64,000 nucleotides of DNA from Candidatus Latescibacterota bacterium (lineage in GTDB: Bacteria; Latescibacterota; UBA2968; UBA8231), in contig CBDAOB010000005.1 of the NCBI GenBank assembly GCA_965197905.1, positions 928,001 through 992,000 on the forward strand, written 5' to 3'. The notes under the pieces are model-generated. The model had not been told where the DNA came from. It saw only the letters and a program-made list of their open reading frames with translations, and did no database searches. Below are positions 39,975 to 49,776 of the stretch, piece after piece (the stretch's first letter is position 1; every line of letters begins with the position of its first letter). A program made the translations under genes and the position numbers.

Positions 39975-41909
39975 TCATGGATTCCGTACACGAACGACAA
40001 CACAAGTCATGTCGTCGGCCTGATCTACCCCACCCGCAAACTCCCGCACGCTGTGTAACAAGCGGTCACAGATGTCGCCAGCGGAAATCCCTGCCAGATG
40101 ACCTTCGGAGATCGTCCCCCACGTCCGCTTCTCGCCGAAGAACTCGCCGCTCTTGTTCAGCGCTTCCGAGATTCCGTCGGAGTACAGCACCAGACAGTTT
40201 CCAGGCTCTATTGAAATCTCTACGAGATCGTAAGTAACACTAGCCTTAACTCCCAGAGGGTAGAGCTCATTGCCCAGTTCGGTAATGTTGCCGTCTGCTC
40301 TCACCAATAATGGGAAGGGGCAGCCACAGGTAATCAGCTGAAGGCGATTGCTGTCGGTAATGCGTATCATAACGAAACAGACGAAGCGTCGTTTCTCCAG
40401 AGCGCGAAAAAGCGAGTCGTTGAGATTGGCGAACAACCGGGGCAACTGCGGGTTGGTTTGCATTTGGCTGTCGAGCAATCCGGTGAACATTACTGCCGGA
40501 ATTGCCGCTTCCATGGAGTGCCCGGTCACATCGGCCATTCCGACAGCAATCCCATTAGGCGATTCGAAGTATCGGTACATGTCACCACCGACATCCCCAG
40601 CCGGGTGGCAGCGGCCGGCAATGTCGAGCCCCTCTACCGATGGCGCCCTATCCGGCAGGAGTTCAAGTTGCAGGCGTCGGGCGGTGTCCAGTTCGCGATC
40701 CTGAGCCTCTTTAGCGCGTCGCAGGGTGCTAATGCGATTGCCAAGGGCAAGCGACAGCAGAAGGATCTCAAACGCGTGACCGATCTGAAAGGCGTTCCAG
40801 GAGTAAACGCCAAATGGCAGCATACCGAACACGACGGATAACGTGATCAGTGGGCCCAGCACATAGCCGGACCATGCCACGAGGAAATACCGTGCCGGCA
40901 CAAATCCCCGCTTCAGCGTCAAAACGGCAGCAACAATGATGATCAGCCATAATGACCAATTGTAGACCGTGATGTATGCCGGAAAGAACTCCTCATGCAG
41001 CCCCGCCAGAGATGCCACCGGAAAAGCAAAGCTGACGCCGATAAACCATGACATGACCCGGTGGACTCCCGGCGCATGTGCGTGCGTCAGGAGGAATACT
41101 TGCACGAACCTGAGGACAAAGACCAAATATATGGACCCAGTCACAAGTACGTAGCGGTCCCACCCGAATGCTGTTCCTGGCCATAGAAACTCCTGGGCAA
41201 CCCCGTTAAACTGGAGAAAATAGAGGGCTCCTGTGGCGACCATCAGCACATAATAGAGATACACGTTGTCGCGAAGGTACAGAAACAAGACCAGGTTGTA
41301 GATCGCCATTCCAACAATCAAACCATAGTAGGCGCCAAGCGAGATACTTTCCCTGCGAACGTGGGCGGCAAACGCAGACTCGGAATAAAGGCGCTGATGG
41401 ACAAAGAAAACATCCGGGGTGGCGCGGACCATGTATTCCCTCTTCTGTCCGAGCTCTAGCTCCAAACGGACAGCGAAGTGGCGATGTTCTATCTCCAGCT
41501 CGTTGAACGGGACATGCTCGCCGACCTGAACTATCATCCACTCCGATGTGGAATCGTCGCGCCAGTAGACCTCGATACCGAAATGGATACCGGGTCGCAC
41601 TTCGAAGATCCAGTGGCGTTGTTCAGACTCGTTCTGCAATGTGAATCGGGACCACACTGCGCGACGGGTTTGTCCGAGGTGTGGTGACTCCGCCTCGCTG
41701 TCAACGAAACGACGACGAACCTTCTGCGAGTTGACGTCGTCAATGCTCCAAACTCCAGCCGAATCAGGAAGAACTGCCAGGTACTTCCCAAGAATCACTT
41801 CTTCGGTGTCGTCAGTCAGGATCAAAGTGGCCGGCTCCCCTGCAACTGACGCAGCCACGGAAAGGGCAGCGAGTCCGCAGCAGATCGCGAGGCAGTGCCG
41901 GTGTTTCAT
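39975..41909 (-). CDS. 7TM-DISM receptor (7TMR-DISMED2 plus 7TM) fused to PP2C/SpoIIE phosphatase
   Basis: Signal peptide, AVWSRFTLQN, GAYYGLIVGMAIYNL..YLYY, ARYFLVAW, LLSLALGNRI, VGGD, ADVTGH, YSDGISEA and QADDMT. Confidence 0.9.
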   Translation of the reverse strand: MKHRHCLAICCGLAALSVAASVAGEPATLILTDDTEEVILGKYLAVLPDSAGVWSIDDVNSQKVRRRFVDSEAESPHLGQTRRAVWSRFTLQNESEQRHWIFEVRPGIHFGIEVYWRDDSTSEWMIVQVGEHVPFNELEIEHRHFAVRLELELGQKREYMVRATPDVFFVHQRLYSESAFAAHVRRESISLGAYYGLIVGMAIYNLVLFLYLRDNVYLYYVLMVATGALYFLQFNGVAQEFLWPGTAFGWDRYVLVTGSIYLVFVLRFVQVFLLTHAHAPGVHRVMSWFIGVSFAFPVASLAGLHEEFFPAYITVYNWSLWLIIIVAAVLTLKRGFVPARYFLVAWSGYVLGPLITLSVVFGMLPFGVYSWNAFQIGHAFEILLLSLALGNRISTLRRAKEAQDRELDTARRLQLELLPDRAPSVEGLDIAGRCHPAGDVGGDMYRYFESPNGIAVGMADVTGHSMEAAIPAVMFTGLLDSQMQTNPQLPRLFANLNDSLFRALEKRRFVCFVMIRITDSNRLQLITCGCPFPLLVRADGNITELGNELYPLGVKASVTYDLVEISIEPGNCLVLYSDGISEALNKSGEFFGEKRTWGTISEGHLAGISAGDICDRLLHSVREFAGGVDQADDMTCVVVRVRNP

Positions 41910-44572
41910 TAAAATGTGTACGAGAGACGGATGAGGCCGAGGCGGCCGATGCGGGGTGCGAAGATGTACTCGCTGTGGCGGTTGTTAAGCAGGTTCTGTA
42001 TTGAGAGATCGACTCGAAGCTGCCAGGTGGGGAGGTCGGCTCCCGCAATCAGGTCGACCAGGGTGTAGGACTTCACACGTCCGCTGCCGATCACGTCCTG
42101 TATACGGAAGCCACCGGTATAGTGCGCGCGTAAACCGCCATCGAATCCGCGGATGTGATCGCGGTAGTGAAGCCTGATAGTGCCTCTATGACTTGGTGCG
42201 TTCATGGCGATGTCGTCGGGCCACGACGATTTGCGCTTGAACAGGGTCTCACTCAAGTGAGAGTAGTTGCCCGAAAACGTCCAACTCTCGGATGGGTAGT
42301 ATGCGAGACCCAAACCCATGCCCACATGAGAGATGTTGCCGAACTGTCGTGATGACAACAACAATGCTACCGGGTCTCCCTCTCGAGGAGAAACGGTACC
42401 GACAGGTATCGCGGTTATTGCTCCGGCAAGGGCTGCAGCCGCCTCCTCGGACATGAACTGTGCCAGATGGGTCGCCAAATGCGTTGGTTCGAAGAACACA
42501 TTCGGGGTGATAACGTTGAAGACGGAAAAGCGCCTGTTGCGCTCGTAGTAGAGGTTTCCCGAGAGCAGCCAACGACCGGAGAGAACGCCTTTGTACCCGA
42601 TCTCGTAGGTCGTCGTGCGGCGGGAGCGCAGTGGTTCGATATTTTCAACGTCAGAAGGCTTGATTTCTTCGTAGGCGAAGGACTGGATGTTGAATTCCCT
42701 AAGGATCGTCGCACCGTCCGAGTTCGGAGCCGACACCTGTGAGAGATCCACCCCGGAAGCGCCCATGATGGCTACGATAGCTCCCCAGGCCGCACCGGCG
42801 TCGGCTGGGAGTGGGGTTGCCGGCCCTCCTGCGGCAGGAGGTGTAAAAGGGGACGTCATATACAGTCCATCCACGCCTCCTTGTTCATCGCGGCGGTAGT
42901 TGAAGCCATCGTCGGCAGGAACTCCAAGGATGCGTGTTGCGTAGGGATTTGTTATCGACGCTGGCAACAGGACAAAATCTGAGAAGATTTCCGCTACCGG
43001 CGGCGTTTCAAAGGCGCGGTTAAAAGTAACCCTCAGCGTATGATTGACGGCCGGACGGTAGACGAAAGCTGCCCTTGGGGACAGCACGGGATCCGGAAGA
43101 TGGCTGTTGTGATCGAGTCGAGCTGTCGCCAGCAGTCTCACTTGAGATGTGATGTCCGTGACCGACTGAAGGTAGATACCGCCTTCGTCCAGCCGATCGT
43201 CTTTCTCATTGCGGCCGTACAACGTGCCGTCAGAATCAGGTTCGGTGCGCAGTAGGTCGAGACCGTAGTCAAAACGCTGACGCCCGTCGATAAATGTAGA
43301 GCTATGCTGGACTTGAGCTACGACCTGCGTCGAGTTGTCAATGATCACGTTGCCAGTGCGCAAGAGACGAGAGTCGCCAGCATCCCCCTTATTGACGAAT
43401 ATCTGCGCGAACCAGTCACGATAGTACAGGCGGCCCTGCAAATATGCCGTTCGCCATCCGTCCAGCTGGGCGGCTCCAGTAGGGTTAAGGGCAACTTGGT
43501 CACTACTAACCAGGCCACCAGACATGACAGCCGTGATGTCAGCTGTCGGTTTGAAATCGACCCGGGCATCGACGTTCAACCGGCGCGTGTCATAGTCACG
43601 GCTGTTGTCGACAGATTCCGTCAGCTGCTTGCGTCCATCAGGTGTATCTTTGCCGATGGTTAGCGAGTCTGGTTCATTGGGATCATCAAACGGCCAGTCA
43701 GTGCCCTCGTGGAGGCGGGCAGAAATCTTGTAACCCAAGGTCTTGTTGCGTACTCCTGCGTGACGAATACCCAGCACGTGCTGGTCACGTTCTCCCAGGC
43801 CGACGTTGACGGTTGTCCCCTGAGAATCGTACGGTGATCGGGTTATGTAATGAACAATTCCCCCGGCCGCGTTGGGACCATAAAGAGCCGACCCTGGGCC
43901 CTCCAGGACCTCAATGCGCTCGAGATCGCCATCGTTGAATGAGACCAATTCTGGGTTGTTGAGACGTAAGCCAGGCAGGTTGGCAATGCGTCTGTCGGCC
44001 AGCGTCATCAATCTCGCCGAAAACAGCTGATTGAAACCTCGGACACCCCAGCGCGAACCGCTGATGCCGGTGCGAATAATATCGACGGCCGGTAAACCCT
44101 GCAGATGCTCGATCGGGCTCATCGCCGGTCGCGTGCTGATCTCGCTACGCCCAACTGTGCTGATTGCCGCCGGGGCATCGATCACCCGCTCCGTACGCCG
44201 GGATGCGGACACTGTGATCGGGTTGAGGGGAATCGAGCCAGGAGTCAACGTGAAATCGATCTTGTGCGACGATGATTCCAGAGGGTCTAAGTCTGGCTTC
44301 ACGGCCGGGTCGAAGCCGACATACGATACGCGCAGGGTGCAGCCGCCCGCGGGCAGGTCGACCAGTATGTAGCTGCCGTCCAGGGAGCTAGTCGTACCGT
44401 GTATCTCCGAACCGCACGAGGCAGCGATGTTGGCGCCGGGAAGCACCTCACCGGAGGCAGCATCTCGTACGGTGCCCCGAAGTTCGACGCCTTCTGCGGC
44501 GGATACAGAGAGTAGCCAGGCGAACGACGCCAGGGCCTTAACACACAATTTCCTGATTTTGGTACTTAGCAT
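41909..44572 (-). CDS. TonB-dependent receptor with carboxypeptidase-regulatory-like N-domain
   Basis: GTVRDAASGEVLPGANI, TVSASR, LERIEVLEGPGSALYGPNAAGGIVHYIT, SPR, QNLLN and C-terminal YTF; stop overlaps the next start (TAATG). Confidence 0.92.
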   Translation of the reverse strand: MLSTKIRKLCVKALASFAWLLSVSAAEGVELRGTVRDAASGEVLPGANIAASCGSEIHGTTSSLDGSYILVDLPAGGCTLRVSYVGFDPAVKPDLDPLESSSHKIDFTLTPGSIPLNPITVSASRRTERVIDAPAAISTVGRSEISTRPAMSPIEHLQGLPAVDIIRTGISGSRWGVRGFNQLFSARLMTLADRRIANLPGLRLNNPELVSFNDGDLERIEVLEGPGSALYGPNAAGGIVHYITRSPYDSQGTTVNVGLGERDQHVLGIRHAGVRNKTLGYKISARLHEGTDWPFDDPNEPDSLTIGKDTPDGRKQLTESVDNSRDYDTRRLNVDARVDFKPTADITAVMSGGLVSSDQVALNPTGAAQLDGWRTAYLQGRLYYRDWFAQIFVNKGDAGDSRLLRTGNVIIDNSTQVVAQVQHSSTFIDGRQRFDYGLDLLRTEPDSDGTLYGRNEKDDRLDEGGIYLQSVTDITSQVRLLATARLDHNSHLPDPVLSPRAAFVYRPAVNHTLRVTFNRAFETPPVAEIFSDFVLLPASITNPYATRILGVPADDGFNYRRDEQGGVDGLYMTSPFTPPAAGGPATPLPADAGAAWGAIVAIMGASGVDLSQVSAPNSDGATILREFNIQSFAYEEIKPSDVENIEPLRSRRTTTYEIGYKGVLSGRWLLSGNLYYERNRRFSVFNVITPNVFFEPTHLATHLAQFMSEEAAAALAGAITAIPVGTVSPREGDPVALLLSSRQFGNISHVGMGLGLAYYPSESWTFSGNYSHLSETLFKRKSSWPDDIAMNAPSHRGTIRLHYRDHIRGFDGGLRAHYTGGFRIQDVIGSGRVKSYTLVDLIAGADLPTWQLRVDLSIQNLLNNRHSEYIFAPRIGRLGLIRLSYTF

Positions 44573-44582
44573 AGTTACGTCC

Positions 44583-44604
44583 TTTTGTGATCCAGATCAC
44601 ATTT
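44583..44604. promoter_or_regulatory. Near-consensus CRP-family binding site
   Basis: Minus strand AAATGTGATCTGGATCACAAAA versus the classical CRP consensus AAATGTGATCTAGATCACATTT; core at 44586-44601, adjoining the RBS of the TonB receptor. Confidence 0.75.
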
Positions 44605-44721
44605 TGCAGATTTCATGTATATGGAATGTGACGGAACTATGCAACTGTGAATCCTGTATCGGCATTGCCTGAACGCTTTGCAGAACGGCATTGTACCCGG
44701 CGGCCAGCTGTGGAAAATGGG

Positions 44722-44773
44722 TTCCCCGGCAAAAAAACGGGCATCGGCCAAGACCGCCTGGGGGGCCGGGGAA
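44722..44773 (-). terminator. Possible terminator hairpin after the FAD oxidoreductase
   Basis: TTCCCCGGC/GCCGGGGAA inverted repeat enclosing a GC-rich segment and a T7 run on the minus strand, about 20 nt after the stop at 44795. Confidence 0.4.
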
Positions 44774-44794
44774 TGACCGCGGAATCATCCGCCA

Positions 44795-46924
44795 TCAAGG
44801 ATGATCGTAGCCGATGATCTCTTCGAGGGGCGGGCTGCCGCTCAACGCATGGGCTGCGAGACGACCGGACATGACTGCCGATTCCACGCAGCCCATGTTG
44901 TGCCCGCAGTCTGTCCAATCACCACATATAGTCAAATTGTCATAGGTGTTGTCGAGAGGCGAGATGCGGTGTTGGGGACTGCCAGGTACCGACAAGACAT
45001 AGCGATCAGTTGGATTCACGTTGGCGGTGAAAAACTGACCGTCCACGCACTCACTGCCGACAGTTCTGTCCAATGCCGCGCCGTCGGGGGGTACCAATAG
45101 ATCCCAACGAAAACCTTCCTTGTCTACCGACTTGGGCAAAAGGCGGCCCAAATCGCGTTCCAGGAACTGGACGGCATTCTGGCGCACGACCTCTCGCCAA
45201 TGCTGTTGTGGGGATGAAGCTTCCTGGTCGGTGGGAGGGGTCGCGAGGCTACTGCAGAAATATGCGATTGCTCGCGGCTCATCCGGCCAGCTCTCTTCGG
45301 GGATCAGCTGGGACATGTCGGCCCAGGTGTCGAACGGTTTGACATACGCGGAAAGATTGATCGGTGCCTGTGCGAACCCCAGTTCCTTCGTGCTCTCGCG
45401 CAGCCACAATTGCATGGCCTGGGTCGCCACGGTCTTAACGTTTCGGACCATGGCTCGCCAGCGACGATCGTGGGCGACGATTTCACTGCACACGTGGGGG
45501 ACGGCGCCCAGGCTGACACCGAGAACAGCGAAGTCGAAGTCCTCCATGACTCTCAGGCGTAGTGTGCCGCACCGATGGCTGTCCCAGTGTGACTCGAAAT
45601 CGATCTCGGACCCGTGCAGTCGATCCCCGTCCTCCAGCTGGTCGTAGCGAGGTGCTGCCGGCCAACAGGGGAGACCGCGTACCTCCACCAGGGGCTGGTA
45701 ATCACCCCCACCGGAAACTCGGGCTTGAACGTCGAACTCAAGGGTTTCCACATAGGTTTTTTCGCCGGGTGCGAGCTGCTCTTCGGGAACGAGACCCACA
45801 TTTCGCAGGCGATGGAAGAATTTGAAGTGGACGCCACGCTTCTTCAGCACTTCATAGAGGGGAGCGAAAATGACATCGCCCATTCCGGCCCGCATTTTCC
45901 AAAACGGGGAACCTCTATAGGTATAGAACATGCGTACGGCCCCACGAAGCCCCACACGGGCGGCGATAGCCGGTCGTTGCGGGTCGCCGTCCACATAGGC
46001 AAAACCAAGGTCGTGGAGGCCGCGGACAAAGGCTGATTCCAGAGTAGACTCGGAGGCGCCGTTCAACCGCAACCACTCGCGCATCTCGTAGTCGTTTATC
46101 GCATCGAAACCTCGCGGGTCGGTGGCCAATCCAAAGCGAACCGAACCGCGAAGAGCGGCCAACATGAGATCCAGGACCTCCCAGACTCTCCGACTAGCGG
46201 CGTCCTTGCGACGCAGCGTCTCCAGCTGGCTCTGGGCGGCTGTGCCGATGGCGTCGATTAGGCGTAGCGCGAGACTTTCTGGGAAGCCGGGAAGCATTTC
46301 GAGCAACGCCGGCAGTAAGCGCGTAGCCTCGATGAGTGCCGCCCAGGTCGCGAGTTGGCCGTAACGCAGAACGCGACCCACCGTTGCGGCTAGATCGCTC
46401 AGCGATGCTGGTTCGTCAGTGTTCTCCGGCGTGTGTCCGTCAGAGGACACGGAGGCCAACAGTGATGCCGCCAGTTGGGCGGTGCGGACCATGTAGGATC
46501 GTACGGTGTAAAGACCGTCGGGAAGGGGATCGCCAGGCAAGCCCGGAACGGGTGGAAAGTGGGCCACCCAACTCGACCAGCTGCCATCGGGGTTGCGATC
46601 GGCCAGGCCGACGAGGCGGTCGGGGTAGATGGCATCCTGCCAATCGACGAAGCGACAGGTCGCCGGATTGCGGTCCAACTCCGAGTAACATTCGCGAAGT
46701 TGACGGAAAGCGTTTTCGTAATAACCCAGCCAGAGGTGCAGACCGTGCTCTTCGACGCGATCTGCAGGACCGCGGCCGGAGGCCCCTTTGCCTCCAAGGC
46801 GCCAACCCTGTTGGAAGAGGGTTACCTCGAAACGTCCGTTGTGTTCGGGGCGAGTCAGCTCAAACGCGGTCGTCGTGGCGGCGCAGCCACCGCCGATTAT
46901 GGCGACGCGGACGGGTCGGGCCAC
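44795..46924 (-). CDS. Large FAD/NAD(P)-binding oxidoreductase (amine oxidase/carotenoid desaturase/HpnE superfamily)
   Basis: VAIIGGG, QGWRLGGKGASGR, EEHGLHLWLGYYENAF, GMGDVIFAPL and NLTICGDWT..GCVESAVMSG..AA. Confidence 0.85.
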   Translation of the reverse strand: MARPVRVAIIGGGCAATTTAFELTRPEHNGRFEVTLFQQGWRLGGKGASGRGPADRVEEHGLHLWLGYYENAFRQLRECYSELDRNPATCRFVDWQDAIYPDRLVGLADRNPDGSWSSWVAHFPPVPGLPGDPLPDGLYTVRSYMVRTAQLAASLLASVSSDGHTPENTDEPASLSDLAATVGRVLRYGQLATWAALIEATRLLPALLEMLPGFPESLALRLIDAIGTAAQSQLETLRRKDAASRRVWEVLDLMLAALRGSVRFGLATDPRGFDAINDYEMREWLRLNGASESTLESAFVRGLHDLGFAYVDGDPQRPAIAARVGLRGAVRMFYTYRGSPFWKMRAGMGDVIFAPLYEVLKKRGVHFKFFHRLRNVGLVPEEQLAPGEKTYVETLEFDVQARVSGGGDYQPLVEVRGLPCWPAAPRYDQLEDGDRLHGSEIDFESHWDSHRCGTLRLRVMEDFDFAVLGVSLGAVPHVCSEIVAHDRRWRAMVRNVKTVATQAMQLWLRESTKELGFAQAPINLSAYVKPFDTWADMSQLIPEESWPDEPRAIAYFCSSLATPPTDQEASSPQQHWREVVRQNAVQFLERDLGRLLPKSVDKEGFRWDLLVPPDGAALDRTVGSECVDGQFFTANVNPTDRYVLSVPGSPQHRISPLDNTYDNLTICGDWTDCGHNMGCVESAVMSGRLAAHALSGSPPLEEIIGYDHP

Positions 46925-46974
46925 TCAGGATGGTCTTCCTGCGGGCGGCGGTGTTGCCTCTTCCATGTGAAGGG

Positions 46975-49776
46975 TCAAGCATCCTTTTTAGGAAAGAACA
47001 GCAACTGGGCTTTGTTTTCCACGTCCAACATGCCGCGGAACACCCTCATCTCTTCAGGGATCGAGTCAAAGGAGTCTCCCCTTAGGTGGAACGGCGGGGG
47101 CATCACGCGGAAACGGGGACGATGCCGAGTCTCCCGGTCGGTCCAGTTCAGCCACCTGTTACTTAGCAAGTACTCGATCGCAAGCTGAGGTTCTAATTCT
47201 TCATTCTTGAGGCGATCGATAAGCCTGACAACCGACGGTCTCTGACCCTCGGCGAGCCAATCCTTTACCCAAACAGAAAGGTTTCGGGGGATCCTCAAAT
47301 CAGTACGGGCGTTTTTCATTTTTTTGTCGATGTGCTCGAGGAGGTCTAGATTCGTCTTGATATCAGCGAAAAAATCGGGAGGGTCTTGGTCGCACGGTTG
47401 CACGTCGTCAACTGACATATCAAACTGGCCCGTAGTGACCCCCGATTGTTGTACTATCAGATTTTCACTGTCCAAGTCGGTCTCGTCGATAACGCTCGAC
47501 TCGGTGTTGCCCACATTGCTCCAGATCTCACAGCCTCGCTCCAGGTCTAGCCGTAGCTGCATGGAAAAAGGACGCACCGGTTCCAGGATGGCCAGGTCGT
47601 CTTCTTCGTGGCGGGTGAGCAGCCCAAGCGTATCGAGGATCGGTTGTCCCTTTGTGCGACGGATATCAATGCGAACGGGTTCGCTATCGAATTCCCATAT
47701 GCGACGCACATGCTTGATCAGCATGGGAGTACGGATAATTGCCTGGTAACAAGCCCGCTCCGGCTGTTCGGCATCGCGGAACTGCTTAACGGAGAATTCG
47801 GGCACTGATTTTCCATTGGCCAATGGTTCCATTCCGAGCGCTACAAGTGCCTTGACCTTACCCTTGCAGTTCTTATATAACCCGACCTTACGTTTAAGTT
47901 CGGTTCTAAGAGTGTCCTCCCATTTAAATGCTTCTGGCTGACCACGCTTCGAATTCTTTACGGTGGTGATTTCCAGGAGGCGTTGAGGGCGCCGCTCTTG
48001 GCTCTGCCCAATAGCATCTAGCATGGGAACGTCCACCCGAAGTAGCCTTTCTGGATTTTGGTCAGTCTCGCTGTCAAGCAACCAGTTCCGACGATCTGAC
48101 TTGATCGCGCACTGTATGGTTGGCCAGCCGAATATCTCGCGACCGATCGCAGTGCCGATCTCAGTGTCACTATACGTAAAGGGTGAAACCAACCCAATGG
48201 TCTCTAGTGTGTTGTTTGATTTGCGATAACACTTCACAGGAATCGAAAAACGTACCTCGTGTTGTGCCCACTGTCCTATGTTCACTGTTCGGGACCGAAC
48301 CTCAGTGAAATTGATAGCTAGAAGGTAAACGTATCGTCCGAATGGCTTGAAAACGTATTTGTCTTGACCGTCCAATCCGACTGGTAGCAATGGCTCATCT
48401 TGCTTGTGTGCCTCATTTAAATACTTGTCGACGAACTTCCTCAGCTTCTTCGGATCTGCCTGCAGCGGCATGACTCGGACGAGAGCGTTTGGGAATCGAA
48501 AGGGCGGTAGTATGCTCAGAACTGCGGCACCGCGGGCTGTATTGAAGGGATTCCCAATTTTCCGCCGCTTATTGTGAACGCTCTCTATTAGACGTTTACC
48601 TGATTTTTCCACGAAGTGATGCCAATTGCTGCGTCGCGTTCGCCAGGCGAGATTTTCTCCTCGTGTGTATCGCATGTCCACCTCGGCCCAAAAGGGGAAC
48701 TCAGGAGTAATCACTTGGACACGGTCATCGCCCGAGCGCTTGTCCTGGGATTCGATTCCGAGTTCCTGGACGATCGGGATGTTCGGGTACCGATGCAGAA
48801 GGACCCTGAAGCCTCCACTCCGATCGCCCGTAAGGAGGTTCTCTCCTCCTAGGAGGCCGCCCCTGTGAAAGCATTTGAGTTCCATCCGCGAACGGATCAA
48901 CGCCTGGTAGCAAACTGCGTTCGGGTTCTCCGCGTCGCGGAACTGCTTGAGGTTGACGGTATCGGCGGTAGGCGCCGCCAATTGCTGCATCTGTTGCATC
49001 ATGGCCTGGAGACGAACGGGCATGCGCAGCAAATCCAGTGGTTCAAAACCTCTAGCAGGCAATGCTGCCGCAATCTCCGTCAACCGAGCCCAACTTTCCA
49101 TTGCAGAAAGCATTATCTCGCTGATGCCGGAAATGGGGTTGAAGGGAGAGCGCAGATCGGGCGGAATACGAAATGGCATGCTTGGCTGCTCGTAGTCGAT
49201 TTCAAGGACGATGCGGCGTTCGCGTGTCTGGCCCCCAAAAGCCTCTGGAAAGACGTAAGATTCGAGCTTTATTAGCGGATGTTGGCGCACGTCGGGTGCC
49301 CTTGCATACGGATCGAACTTGGCGTGCCAACCCTGCACCTTGGGCCAACCGTATACCTCGCGACCGGTTGCCTGTGAAGCGTCGTCGTCAACGAAGATGA
49401 AAGGTGATACGGAAGCGGGGCCGATGTACACTTCGCGGCCATCTTCAACACGGAACCAGTCGAGTAAAACGGAGAAAACGACCTCGTTCTGAGATACCCA
49501 GCCGGCTGTGCGCATCTCCGGCGTCATCTCTGGATAATGGATGGCGCTCAGCAATACGTAGGGGATCGCTGGGCGGAAACAGGCGATTTCGGGTGGTACT
49601 AGGTTGAGGTAATCGTCGCAGAAATCGCGAAGCCTGTTCATGGATGCGCGCAAAGGGTAGAAGCGCAGCATGGCACCTCGAAATTCGTACGGTGGCGTTG
49701 ATACGAGTGACGCCCATCTGCGGGCCATGTTGTAGTGGGGTTGATCTGGGACTTCGACGATTCGACGGCGATTCAA
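46975..49776 (-). CDS. Tandem two-domain acetoacetate-decarboxylase-fold (ADC-like) protein
   Basis: Domain 1 has SQNEVVF..PFIFVD..GREVYGWPK..LKQFRDA; domain 2 has AQHEVRF..GREIFGWPT..VKQFRDA. Confidence 0.7.
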   Translation of the reverse strand: MNRRRIVEVPDQPHYNMARRWASLVSTPPYEFRGAMLRFYPLRASMNRLRDFCDDYLNLVPPEIACFRPAIPYVLLSAIHYPEMTPEMRTAGWVSQNEVVFSVLLDWFRVEDGREVYIGPASVSPFIFVDDDASQATGREVYGWPKVQGWHAKFDPYARAPDVRQHPLIKLESYVFPEAFGGQTRERRIVLEIDYEQPSMPFRIPPDLRSPFNPISGISEIMLSAMESWARLTEIAAALPARGFEPLDLLRMPVRLQAMMQQMQQLAAPTADTVNLKQFRDAENPNAVCYQALIRSRMELKCFHRGGLLGGENLLTGDRSGGFRVLLHRYPNIPIVQELGIESQDKRSGDDRVQVITPEFPFWAEVDMRYTRGENLAWRTRRSNWHHFVEKSGKRLIESVHNKRRKIGNPFNTARGAAVLSILPPFRFPNALVRVMPLQADPKKLRKFVDKYLNEAHKQDEPLLPVGLDGQDKYVFKPFGRYVYLLAINFTEVRSRTVNIGQWAQHEVRFSIPVKCYRKSNNTLETIGLVSPFTYSDTEIGTAIGREIFGWPTIQCAIKSDRRNWLLDSETDQNPERLLRVDVPMLDAIGQSQERRPQRLLEITTVKNSKRGQPEAFKWEDTLRTELKRKVGLYKNCKGKVKALVALGMEPLANGKSVPEFSVKQFRDAEQPERACYQAIIRTPMLIKHVRRIWEFDSEPVRIDIRRTKGQPILDTLGLLTRHEEDDLAILEPVRPFSMQLRLDLERGCEIWSNVGNTESSVIDETDLDSENLIVQQSGVTTGQFDMSVDDVQPCDQDPPDFFADIKTNLDLLEHIDKKMKNARTDLRIPRNLSVWVKDWLAEGQRPSVVRLIDRLKNEELEPQLAIEYLLSNRWLNWTDRETRHRPRFRVMPPPFHLRGDSFDSIPEEMRVFRGMLDVENKAQLLFFPKKDA

